Source: Nitrospirales bacterium (GTDB taxonomy: Bacteria; Nitrospirota; Nitrospiria; Nitrospirales; UBA8639). From it: a DNA stretch of 64,000 nt. The first letter of the stretch is position 1. The number at the start of each line of letters is the position of its first letter. Shown here one piece after another: positions 45,050 through 53,532 of this stretch. Under the pieces are notes generated by a model, which saw only the letters and a program-made list of their open reading frames with translations, did not search any database and had not been told where the DNA came from. Location of the stretch: assembly GCA_963422365.1 (NCBI GenBank), contig OY729426.1, positions 1,563,380 through 1,627,379 on the forward strand, written 5' to 3'. A program made the position numbers and the translations under genes.

Positions 45050-46588
45050 CTAGAAGTACGTCGACATATTGAATTGCCACCCGTCGCGATTCGTGGCCGG
45101 GTCATTATTTTCCCTCTCATGTCTATTAAACGTATAGGCTATCTTGAGGACCGAATCTTCTATCGGCCGGAAATTGAGCCCCAGGGTCAACCGGTCGATG
45201 GCATTCGGGTTGCTGTCATCATCGGTGTTGGTATCCACCTGTCCCCAACGAACGATGCCCGTAAACGTCGAGTCCTGGCCGAAGTAGCCGGGCAAGGCCC
45301 TGGTGAGCCCATCCGGCATAAAGTGGTAATTCAATTGCACGTAATAGCCGAACATATTTTCGGGGACGACGTAACTTCTTCCGAAAGATACATCCTGAAG
45401 GCGCCTCGTTGCTCCGGTAGTATCCTGAGTGAATATTCGACTCGCAGGACACTGACTTTCATCTTCCAGGGTACAAATCGACTGTGTCCCGCTCCCTTCG
45501 GCGTTGGCCCAGGCGGCTTCACCCTGGATGTCAAAGGGCCCTCGTTGCAGGTTCCCGTCGATGGCGAGCAGGGTCAGGTAATGGTCCTCAGGGTCGTCCT
45601 CCTTGTTCCATTGGCCGTGGTGAATGGACCCGGCCACCTCGACTCCCAACACAGGGCTGAACGAGATACGGCTGACAATCGCCTTGTTTCGGTTGTTATC
45701 CTTTTGAAAACTTCCGCGAGCAGATCGCAACCCGCTTCCTTCTTCGACCGAAAACTGGCCGTCATCGCCCACAAAACCATTCGTGAGGTAAAATTCGTAG
45801 TCGATCTTGGAAAGCGCGGTCGGATAGACCGTGCCGAAAAAGCCGATCCCGCTTTCGGCAAACGTGGAAGGCAGGATCAATCGGCTCACCATAGGCCGAA
45901 GCGGCAAATCGTTCAAGGGCGAGTCGTGGATGAGGTTGAACCGGCCCATGGGCATCAGGATGATGCCCCCACGCAGGTTGAATGCGTCGTTGAACCGGTA
46001 GTCCATGGTGGCGAATTCCATCTTGATGTCCCCGTCCCCTTGGTTGCCCTGGGGGCCGCCGTGTTCAACCTCGAGTTCAGCGGCCACGCTGAGCCGGTCC
46101 GTGACCTGGGAATAGAAGAACGGCACGAAGCGTTCCTGGTCGAAATCAATCCCGTTTCTACAATCCCGTGAGCCTCCTGAATTGTGTTTCGCGCCAGGCT
46201 TGCCGTCACAGTCCGAGATTGTGAAGTCGATGTACCCGCCGATGATGGTTTTCGGCGCCTTGACAAAAGGTCTGGCGTAGATGGTCCGTCCACCCTGCAG
46301 GCCAGCACCACCCGAGAAGTCCGTGCCGTATCGGATTGACTGTTTTGTGGTGTCGCCCATGGCCGGCGCGGAAGTCCCCATTTTGCGCGGGGGCTGCGGT
46401 GCCGCTATGGCCGGCCCTCCCGCTGCAGGTGGCTGCTGCTGTTGTCGCTGTTGTTTTGACCACTCTTCAAACATTTTTCGTATCTGTTCCATTTGGGCAG
46501 GAGTAAATTCTTCTCCCTCGGCCCAGACAGTTGTGTGCGGCACAATCATGAGGACCATCATTGCCCCCGCGATCAATAATCGTCGCAT
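45050..46588 (-). CDS. Putative outer-membrane beta-barrel porin with an N-terminal coiled-coil/Pro-rich segment
   Basis: Signal peptide (MRRLLIAGAMMVLMIVPHTTVWA) and alternating beta-strand pattern. The C-terminus ...WQFNMSTYF ends in Phe. The frame is open to 46639. Confidence 0.65.
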   Translation of the reverse strand: MRRLLIAGAMMVLMIVPHTTVWAEGEEFTPAQMEQIRKMFEEWSKQQRQQQQPPAAGGPAIAAPQPPRKMGTSAPAMGDTTKQSIRYGTDFSGGAGLQGGRTIYARPFVKAPKTIIGGYIDFTISDCDGKPGAKHNSGGSRDCRNGIDFDQERFVPFFYSQVTDRLSVAAELEVEHGGPQGNQGDGDIKMEFATMDYRFNDAFNLRGGIILMPMGRFNLIHDSPLNDLPLRPMVSRLILPSTFAESGIGFFGTVYPTALSKIDYEFYLTNGFVGDDGQFSVEEGSGLRSARGSFQKDNNRNKAIVSRISFSPVLGVEVAGSIHHGQWNKEDDPEDHYLTLLAIDGNLQRGPFDIQGEAAWANAEGSGTQSICTLEDESQCPASRIFTQDTTGATRRLQDVSFGRSYVVPENMFGYYVQLNYHFMPDGLTRALPGYFGQDSTFTGIVRWGQVDTNTDDDSNPNAIDRLTLGLNFRPIEDSVLKIAYTFNRHERENNDPATNRDGWQFNMSTYF

Positions 46589-46699
46589 CGAACGACCTCC
46601 TTGTTGTTGGGGACTCTGCCTGTCCTCTGGATTACTCAAGGGGCTCTTGTGGCCCTCAAATTCCGTCTTGGTATTGTGTGTGTCTAGTGGATTTCCACC

Positions 46700-46760
46700 T
46701 CTCTAATATACCTCCCTCTCCCCCTGTGGGAGAGGGGCGGGGTAAGGGGGGGCTTACCCT
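46700..46760. repeat. ctcccc..gggagagg..gggtaagggg-type repeat unit
   Basis: cctccctctccccctgtgggagaggggcggggtaagggggg. Confidence 0.7.
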
Positions 46761-46764
46761 TTTG

Positions 46765-46971
46765 CTAATAGCCGCATGGCGCTAAGATGACTTCGGTTTC
46801 CTTGAGACTGTTATAGGAAATAGAGACGATGCGTTTACAGCGTTTACACTTGAGTTCAAGGTTCTCTCCGCGAATTTTTGCGATGAGTTGGCCGCATTCA
46901 CATCTCGCCTCTGTAGGCTTGAATTGCTTCCCTAGCCACCGAGTATTTCGATCAGCATCCATTGAATTCAA
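46765..46971 (-). CDS. Com-like zinc-ribbon mini-protein (paralogue 2)
   Basis: RCECGQLIAKIRGENLELKCKRCKRI shares its core with 25440..25640. Immediately upstream, on the same strand, of the porin operon. Confidence 0.6.
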   Translation of the reverse strand: MNSMDADRNTRWLGKQFKPTEARCECGQLIAKIRGENLELKCKRCKRIVSISYNSLKETEVILAPCGY

Positions 46972-47157
46972 AAGAAAGTTGTGGAGTTTCCAAAAAACCC
47001 CTAATCAAAAATTAGAATGATACTTGTTTTTATTTAAATTGATTTTGAGAACTTTTATTAACATAGAGCAAGTTTTGTGGCTTGTCAACTCTTTTCGGTC
47101 ATAAAGAAAAATATGACTGCAACCTGTTGATCGTATTGGTAAAATGAGATGATTGAC

Positions 47158-47260
47158 TCTTATCCGGCCTCTCCCTTGGAGGGAGAAGGCCGAAGAAGTG
47201 GATCCCCGCTAAAAACTGCGGGGAGGACAAGAGGATGTACTGCGGGGATGACAAGCAAGA
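47158..47260. repeat. Mosaic repeat units
   Basis: ggcctctcccttggagggagaaggcc; ggatccccgctaaaaactgcggggagg; ctgcggggatgac. Confidence 0.7.
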
Positions 47261-47360
47261 GCACGAAGGACAAGAAAGAACGGGAATGACCGCATGAATT
47301 CCGAAAGGCCATCAAAGCGTAGTTGTCTGGGGTCTCAGCCGTGAGGCCAACGCAGGGACT

Positions 47361-47940
47361 ATGATGGGCAGAAAAGTCTTGTTGGGGGTAGCGATTCTTT
47401 CTCTTGTTGTTGTGACGGGATGTGCGTCAGGGCTTTCGGATACTTCCCCGGACTCGATGACGAGTGAATTGGCGTTTGGCTATGTTCGAGTCGAGACCAA
47501 AGGGCCTCATCCGCGTGCGTTTCCAACCAAACTGAGGTTTTTCCCCCTGACCAATCAAGAGACGGGAGCACGATTTCGAGTTGACGTAAATTCCAAATCG
47601 GGCGTGTTTTCGATGAGATTACCGGCTGGACCGTATTCCATTGACCGAGTGCAATTTAATGCAGGCCCGTTTCAGGTTGAATCCCATGTGCAATTGACAT
47701 TTCAGGTACCCAAAAAGAAGTTGGCTAGGGGGCTGGCAATTTGAGGTCGAAACGCCGCGTACCGTTCGGCTTGTGCGGATTCGGATTCTTGAAGGGGATG
47801 CGGAGTTCTCAAAGAAATTTTCCGCGGATCTCGGATCAGAACGAGCACCCATTGAAACGACGTTGCCGAAACCTGAGACATTCGAAGCTCGTGTGTTTTC
47901 GGTTGCCCCTCAACCGAGAGTCAAATATTTCCGTCGTTGA
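47361..47940 (+). pseudogene. Lipoprotein of unknown function, frame broken at a G5 run
   Basis: Lipobox LVVVTGC. The frame ends at 47744, but the +1 frame continues sensibly (GWQFEVETPRTVRLVRIRILEGD...VKYFRR*) to 47940, 16 nt before the apbE ATG. The junction is at GGGGG 47728..47732. Confidence 0.55.
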
Positions 47941-47956
47941 TAAACTGCCTGACAAA

Positions 47957-48991
47957 ATGATGAAAGGGGTTCCTCTCGTCTTGGTTGGACTCTTGGGTGT
48001 CTCTTTCGCGTGTTGGCCGGGCTTCAGTCTGCAGGGATATGCTGCCGCACCCCATGTGGCCAAGCGCGGCCAAATGCATATGGGGACCCTGGTCTTTTTG
48101 ACGTCCGTCGCCCCAAATGAACGGGTGGCTCACGATGCCATTGAAAAAGGGTTTGCCGAAATTCACCGCCTGGAAGAAATCTTGAGTGCGTGGATTCCAG
48201 ACAGTGAACTCTCCCGCGTCAATGCCGCGGCAGGGAAAACGCCCATCAAGGTCAGTCCGGAAACCTTAGAGGTCTTGGCGCGCTCTGTAGACATGGCTCG
48301 AGTGACCGATGGGGGTTTCAACGTTGCTATTGGTCCGGCCGTAGAGGCCTGGAATATTAGTCGTGAAGGGCGTATCCCGACTCAGGAAGAATTAGAGGCC
48401 ACACGTCCTTCCATGGATCTTTCCGCTATTCATCTCAATAAGGACGCGGGCACCGTATATCTGGCTCGTTCCGGGATGCAGGTGGATATCGGCGGGATCG
48501 GCAAGGGATATGCCGCGGATTTCGTGGCCCGCGTGATGCGAGAAGCCGGTGCCTCAGCGGGCGTGGTCGCCATTTCCGGGGATATTACAACCTTTGGGCG
48601 CTTGCCCGATGGCCAACGTTTCGTGTTCGGCATCCAGCATCCTCGAAAAGAGAATGGGATCACGATCGGGCAACTTGAACTCGAAGATGAGGCCGTTTCC
48701 ACGGCTGGTGATTACCAACGATATTTTCTGAAGGACGGCATTCGTTATCATCACATTCTCGACCCTCAAACGCTTCAGCCCGCGCGTCTCTCTCAGAGTG
48801 TGACCATCGTAGCCCAAACCGGTGTGCTTGCCGATGGGCTCGATACGGGAATTTTTGTCATGGGTCCGGAAAAAGGGATGGCTTTGATTGAACGCCTGCC
48901 CGGAGTCGAAGGCGTGATTGTCGGTGCGGATGGAACCGTGTCCGTCTCTTCGGGATTACAAGACCGGTTGCAGATGAGTCCAGGGCCGTAA
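47957..48991 (+). CDS. apbE: FAD:protein FMN transferase ApbE
   Basis: Signal sequence, then HRLEEILSAWIPDSELSRVN, FNVAIGP, DIGGIGKGYAAD, STAGDYQRYF...YHHILDP, ADGLDTG. The track ORF starts at 47741; the ATG at 47957 (MMKGVPLVLVGLLG) is preferred. Confidence 0.9.
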   Translation: MMKGVPLVLVGLLGVSFACWPGFSLQGYAAAPHVAKRGQMHMGTLVFLTSVAPNERVAHDAIEKGFAEIHRLEEILSAWIPDSELSRVNAAAGKTPIKVSPETLEVLARSVDMARVTDGGFNVAIGPAVEAWNISREGRIPTQEELEATRPSMDLSAIHLNKDAGTVYLARSGMQVDIGGIGKGYAADFVARVMREAGASAGVVAISGDITTFGRLPDGQRFVFGIQHPRKENGITIGQLELEDEAVSTAGDYQRYFLKDGIRYHHILDPQTLQPARLSQSVTIVAQTGVLADGLDTGIFVMGPEKGMALIERLPGVEGVIVGADGTVSVSSGLQDRLQMSPGP

Positions 48992-49084
48992 CCGGTTCGG
49001 GGAAGGCAGGCTCTGTCATGCCCGCCGGGGTGTGATCGGGCATCCATCTGGCTTGTTCAACGCTTGTCCTCATGAAAGGGGAAG

Positions 49085-49135
49085 GGCAATCCAATCTGGA
49101 TTCCCGCTAGAAACTGCGGGAATGACCATTTCAAC
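49085..49135. repeat. Palindromic repeat unit (attcccgc..gcgggaat type)
   Basis: ctggattcccgctagaaactgcgggaatgacc. Confidence 0.7.
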
Positions 49136-49599
49136 AAGCCCAGACCACGTCAGGCGCTAAACGCGAAAACATCCAAACAAATGAATGAGTCTTGTCAACG
49201 AATAAGTGAGGGACTTATACGGAATGCTAGTCGGTGGGATTAGTTGAACGAGTGACTAGAAACCGTTATTGCGTGGGGAATAGAACGCGATAAAGAAGAT
49301 CATCGCGAGATACGAGAAATACGTTTGAGGCAACTTCGTAATGGTCTGGATAGTGTGTTTCTAGGAGTTTTTTCGTTTCACCAGTTGGCTTGATTAGCAC
49401 AACTGCAACACAGACATTGTGCCTCCTTTCTCTTCGTGAGAGAAACTCAGGATATGAAATCCTTTTCCCCTAGCAAACCTATTATTTAAAATACTTATCC
49501 GTGCCAAATCGAAACGCCTAACAAGTGATTATGGTTCCATGTTCAGCATTTATTATCCCCGACGGCAAGGATTAACAGTCTGAACCCATGCTATTTTCA

Positions 49600-49835
49600 C
49601 AGGGCATGGTTACTTTCGGGAAGGACAGTCATCACGGTCATTCCCTCTCTGGTGTGAGCGGGAATCCATTCCCCGATTAAAACCTTCGGAGACATGCTGG
49701 TTTTTTCTGCGCGTGTCCTCACGCCTGTCCCCTCCACCCCAGCCCCCGACTCAAGGCCGGGGGCTGGCTCTCTCTCCATGGGAGGGATACATACGAAGTG
49801 AATTCCAGCTAGACACTGCGGGAATGACAATACGA
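49600..49835. repeat. Mosaic repeat cluster downstream of the His-rich protein gene
   Basis: gtcattccctctctggtgtgagcgggaatcc; ccccgattaaaaccttcggagacatgct (related to 31520..31560); cccctcc...ggccgggggctggctctctctccatgggaggg; gaattccagctagacactgcgggaatgac. Confidence 0.75.
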
Positions 49836-49836
49836 T

Positions 49837-50595
49837 TTATTGTTCGTCGTCTTCGTTTTTCTTATGCATCATATTGCCGCCATGGGCCTTCATGCGTTCG
49901 TGAATGTTATCCATCCGAGATCGTTGCTCGGGGGACAACACGGCTTTGGCGTCCCGCTTGGCTTTGATTGAAGCCATGTAGAGCTTCGTCTTCAAGGCAT
50001 GCATGGCGTTGAATTGCACTTCAATGTCGGAGAGACTCGCTTTCTCGTCTTTCAAGACTTCATGCAGGTCGACACTGGCTAATTGCACTTCGGCCTTCAT
50101 CTTGATCCGAGTCTTCTTATACGTCGTCTTGAGCGCATGAAGTTGCTGCTCTTGTTTGGCTGTTACACTCATTCCTTCTTTAAATTTCAATAGATGCGTA
50201 ATAAATTCCGTTGCGCCCTGATGGGTGCCGGGATGCGTAGAACCGAAACCATGGCGATCATGCCCTTTGGTGTGGTGGCTTCCGTATCCTGACGAATGCA
50301 TTGGATGATGCCCTTTGCCATGCCTCTTATGCATGCCATCATGTTGGGAAGACCGGGAATCGTCACCATGCCCCTGATACGAATCTTTTGGGTGATGGCC
50401 GCCGTCATGGGGCAATGCGCTCGATTTGCCGTGATTATGGAGGCTGGTGGCAGCATGAGCATCCTTCGAATCTTCATGCGGCAATCCATGCATAGAGTCA
50501 GGAGGGTCGGCAAAAGCTGGAACGGCAGACAGCAAAACGAGCATGGTCAACAGGGAAACAGGTGAAAACCAGGAAGGTGGTTCATGGATTCTCAT
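49837..50595 (-). CDS. Secreted His-rich protein with a Spy/CpxP/ZraP-like (LTxxQ) C-terminal domain
   Basis: AAGGAGG SD 8 nt before the ATG at 50595, and a signal peptide. There are 22 His in the 105 residues DPPDSMHG...EFITH. The helical domain carries VTAKQ and LSPEQ motifs. Confidence 0.75.
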   Translation of the reverse strand: MRIHEPPSWFSPVSLLTMLVLLSAVPAFADPPDSMHGLPHEDSKDAHAATSLHNHGKSSALPHDGGHHPKDSYQGHGDDSRSSQHDGMHKRHGKGHHPMHSSGYGSHHTKGHDRHGFGSTHPGTHQGATEFITHLLKFKEGMSVTAKQEQQLHALKTTYKKTRIKMKAEVQLASVDLHEVLKDEKASLSDIEVQFNAMHALKTKLYMASIKAKRDAKAVLSPEQRSRMDNIHERMKAHGGNMMHKKNEDDEQ

Positions 50596-50773
50596 GTTCG
50601 GTTCCTCCTTATGAATGGTTGGTCGATGGGATAAAGGGTTTGTCGGTGTGAAGTTTTCAACATTCGCGGGGTGTCCTCTGAGTGACGACAATAGGCCATT
50701 ATAAAACACTGAAGATAGTGATTGCGAATTGAGGCCTTGGCCTGTTTCAAGTGACGCCAAGAGAAAACGCGCA

Positions 50774-51841
50774 TCACGCATTTCTGTCAAAGAGTACCGT
50801 GTGGGTGGCAATGACGTTCAATCCCACCTTTGAGTCGAGAGGGAACAATTGGGTCGAGGCTTCGCTGCTATGAACGAGATCGCCGGAAGCCAGGCGGATT
50901 CCATAAATCGTCTCCGAGCCTCGAAACTGCCGGGATTCAACGGTTCCGTCTCCGTTATTGGTTCCACAAATTTGGATGTCATCCGGTCGAATCATGACCA
51001 CGACTTCAGGGCCGCCCGGGTAGCCGTTCGGCATCGGGAACGTGCCGAGTTGAGTCACGACGACAGAATCGTGGATGGTTCCAGGGATGAAGTCGGCGTG
51101 CCCCACAAACTCCGCGACAAAGGGCGAAACCGGAAGATGGTATATGGTTTCGGGTGCTGCGAATTGTTCGAGTTTCCCGTTATTCAAGACGGCCACGTCA
51201 TCAGCCATGGCAAAGGCTTCTTCATGATCATGCGTGACGAGAACGGCGGTGGTTTGAGTTTTTTTCAGCAAGTGCAGGAGTTCCATGCGCATGCGGCAAG
51301 TCGTATCCGGATCCAGGTTGCTGAACGGCTCGTCCAACAGGAGCAGCACCGGTTGGGGGGCAAGGGCGCGTGCCAATGCCGCGCGTTGCTGTTGGCCGCC
51401 CGACAGCGAATGAGGGTATCGTCGGGCAAGTTCTGAAAGCCCTGTGAGAGACAACATCTCATCAATTTGGCCCCTCCGGTTGTTTGCTGTTGCATGCGGC
51501 AACCCGAATCCCACGTTATCCTGTACGGTCAAGTGCGGAAAGAGCGCATAGTCCTGAAAAACCATGCCGACCCGCCGTTGTTCGGTGGGGACGTGCCGAT
51601 CAGTCGCCGAGACGATTGCCCCGTTCAGCCTGATTTCGCCGGCGGACACCGATTCAAATCCCGCGATAGCCCGAAGCGTTGTGGTCTTCCCGCATCCTGA
51701 CGGCCCTAACAGACAAATAATGTCACCTTTCTGAGCCGAAAAGGAAATCCCTTCTAGCGCTAAGGTGTCGGCTTCATACGAGCAGGCGACGTCTTTCATC
51801 TCGAGCACAATGGGCTTGTCGTCGGGAGGTCGTGGCATCAT
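50774..51841 (-). CDS. fbpC: Fe(3+)/polyamine-type ABC importer ATP-binding protein
   Basis: GPSGCGKTT, LSGGQQQRAALARA, LLLDEPFSNLD, plus a C-terminal TOBE-like domain. Confidence 0.85.
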   Translation of the reverse strand: MMPRPPDDKPIVLEMKDVACSYEADTLALEGISFSAQKGDIICLLGPSGCGKTTTLRAIAGFESVSAGEIRLNGAIVSATDRHVPTEQRRVGMVFQDYALFPHLTVQDNVGFGLPHATANNRRGQIDEMLSLTGLSELARRYPHSLSGGQQQRAALARALAPQPVLLLLDEPFSNLDPDTTCRMRMELLHLLKKTQTTAVLVTHDHEEAFAMADDVAVLNNGKLEQFAAPETIYHLPVSPFVAEFVGHADFIPGTIHDSVVVTQLGTFPMPNGYPGGPEVVVMIRPDDIQICGTNNGDGTVESRQFRGSETIYGIRLASGDLVHSSEASTQLFPLDSKVGLNVIATHTVLFDRNA

Positions 51842-51912
51842 ATCCGTCTAAGAAAAATCTTCCTTGCCGGATTTGCTAAAGCGGATCTCATGGCAGAGTG
51901 GACACGGTGAGG

Positions 51913-53532
51913 TTACGTCGGTTGTCGATCTTTTTGCATCAATAATAACACGACCGGAATGGTAATGACCACGATCAGCAAGGCCGGAGGCGCAGCTAAT
52001 TGATACAGTTCCTCACTGGCTTCAAGCCAAATTCTGACGGCGAGTGTGTCGAATCCCACGGGACGCAGCAGGAGTGAAGCCGGCAATTCCTTCATACATT
52101 GGACAAACACGAAGATCCAGGCACTCAGAAACCCACCTCGCACCAACGGCAGGGTCACGTGAAAAAAGGTTCGAAGGGATCGAGCCCCAAGGCTTCGCGC
52201 CGCCTCTTCGAGATTCGGCGTGAGCTGCTGAAGGGTGGATTCCATGCCTTGCAGTGCTGCCGGGAGAAAATGGACCAAATAGGCCAGGAGCAAGACGAGC
52301 ACCGTGCCATACAGTTGTGGAATGGTGTGCGAGACCAAGACGAATACGGCGAGGGCGGCGACCGGCCCTGGAAGCACATAGCCGGTATACGCCCCTTGCA
52401 CACAAAAAGTACTGGTCCAGGTCTGATGTCGGCACGCTAAATAGGCGAGGGGAATTCCACAGATTACGGCCACCGTGGCCGTGATACTCGAGAGCGAGAC
52501 ACTGTTCCACACGTATCCGATGAATTCATGAGAAATCTCACCGGCAGACGCGGCTTTAACAGTCCATTGAATGAGCAGAAGCACCGGCAGGCCGAAGGCC
52601 GCTCCGAACACGAGAAGAAGATAGCCTGTAAACAGCAGAGCCGTGAAGGGAGGGCAAGGTTGAGGAACCGGTGTTCGATACCGGCCGGTGGTTTGGTAAA
52701 ACCGGCTCCGTTGTCGGAACCACCGTTCGCCGAACAGAAAGATAAATGCGCACGCGACTAATACCAGACTCAAACAGGCGGCTGCCGTGTTGTCGAATCG
52801 TCCGGTCATTTGCTGGTACACGGCATAGGTAAAAGTTTGAAAGCGCAACAGCGAAACCGCGCCGAAATCAGAAGCGACGTAGAGAATCGCCAAGAAAAGT
52901 CCGGCGATCAGTGATGGGCGGATGAGCGGAAGCGACACTCGGAAGAACGTCGTCACTCGATTGGCTCCGGTCGTGCGGGCGACTTCTTCAAAGGAGATAT
53001 TAAAATTTTTGAGAGCCGATCGAGCCAACAGGTATACAAACGGAAACGTGTTCAACGCAAGAATGAGAACCGCGCCTGCAAAACTAAAAGGTGAAAACAA
53101 AAGAGAGTCTGTTCCGGCCATGGTTTGCCAGACGTGTTCCAGCGTGCCCCCGCGTTTTAACAGGTAGGTATAGGTATAGGCCAGAACGTAGGAGGGGATG
53201 GACAAGGGCAAAATCAGCAACCAATCCCATATTCGGGACCCGAGAAAGGTATAACGAGTCAGGATCCAAGCGAGTGAGACTCCCAGGGTCAGATTCACGA
53301 CTGCGACGCCAAGGGATAAGGAGAGCGTGTTGAAGAGTAATTCCGGGACCCGTGTAGCCCAGAGTCTTCGCCACACCGCCGGGTCTGCCGTTAGGGCCGA
53401 AAAGGCGATGTAGAACAACGGCAGCATGATCGCAAGGGCCAGGGAAAAGCCGAGCAGGACAAGCGGAGAAGGGAAACGAAAACGGAGCGATGACAGTGGG
53501 AGAAAAGGGTTAGCGGAGTCCAACGTCTTCAA
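51913..53532 (-). CDS. fbpB: Iron(III) ABC transporter permease (duplicated BPD-type permease)
   Basis: 539 aa with two tandem permease halves, each carrying the EAA-like loop (EEVARTTGAN... / EEAARSLGAR...). Confidence 0.85.
   Translation of the reverse strand: MKTLDSANPFLPLSSLRFRFPSPLVLLGFSLALAIMLPLFYIAFSALTADPAVWRRLWATRVPELLFNTLSLSLGVAVVNLTLGVSLAWILTRYTFLGSRIWDWLLILPLSIPSYVLAYTYTYLLKRGGTLEHVWQTMAGTDSLLFSPFSFAGAVLILALNTFPFVYLLARSALKNFNISFEEVARTTGANRVTTFFRVSLPLIRPSLIAGLFLAILYVASDFGAVSLLRFQTFTYAVYQQMTGRFDNTAAACLSLVLVACAFIFLFGERWFRQRSRFYQTTGRYRTPVPQPCPPFTALLFTGYLLLVFGAAFGLPVLLLIQWTVKAASAGEISHEFIGYVWNSVSLSSITATVAVICGIPLAYLACRHQTWTSTFCVQGAYTGYVLPGPVAALAVFVLVSHTIPQLYGTVLVLLLAYLVHFLPAALQGMESTLQQLTPNLEEAARSLGARSLRTFFHVTLPLVRGGFLSAWIFVFVQCMKELPASLLLRPVGFDTLAVRIWLEASEELYQLAAPPALLIVVITIPVVLLLMQKDRQPT

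Noticed and set aside
45074-46171. 365-aa plus-strand ORF
   Set aside because: It is antisense to the porin gene and its translation is Arg/Gly/Val-rich with no motifs. The minus frame has a signal peptide, a beta-barrel pattern and a C-terminal Phe.
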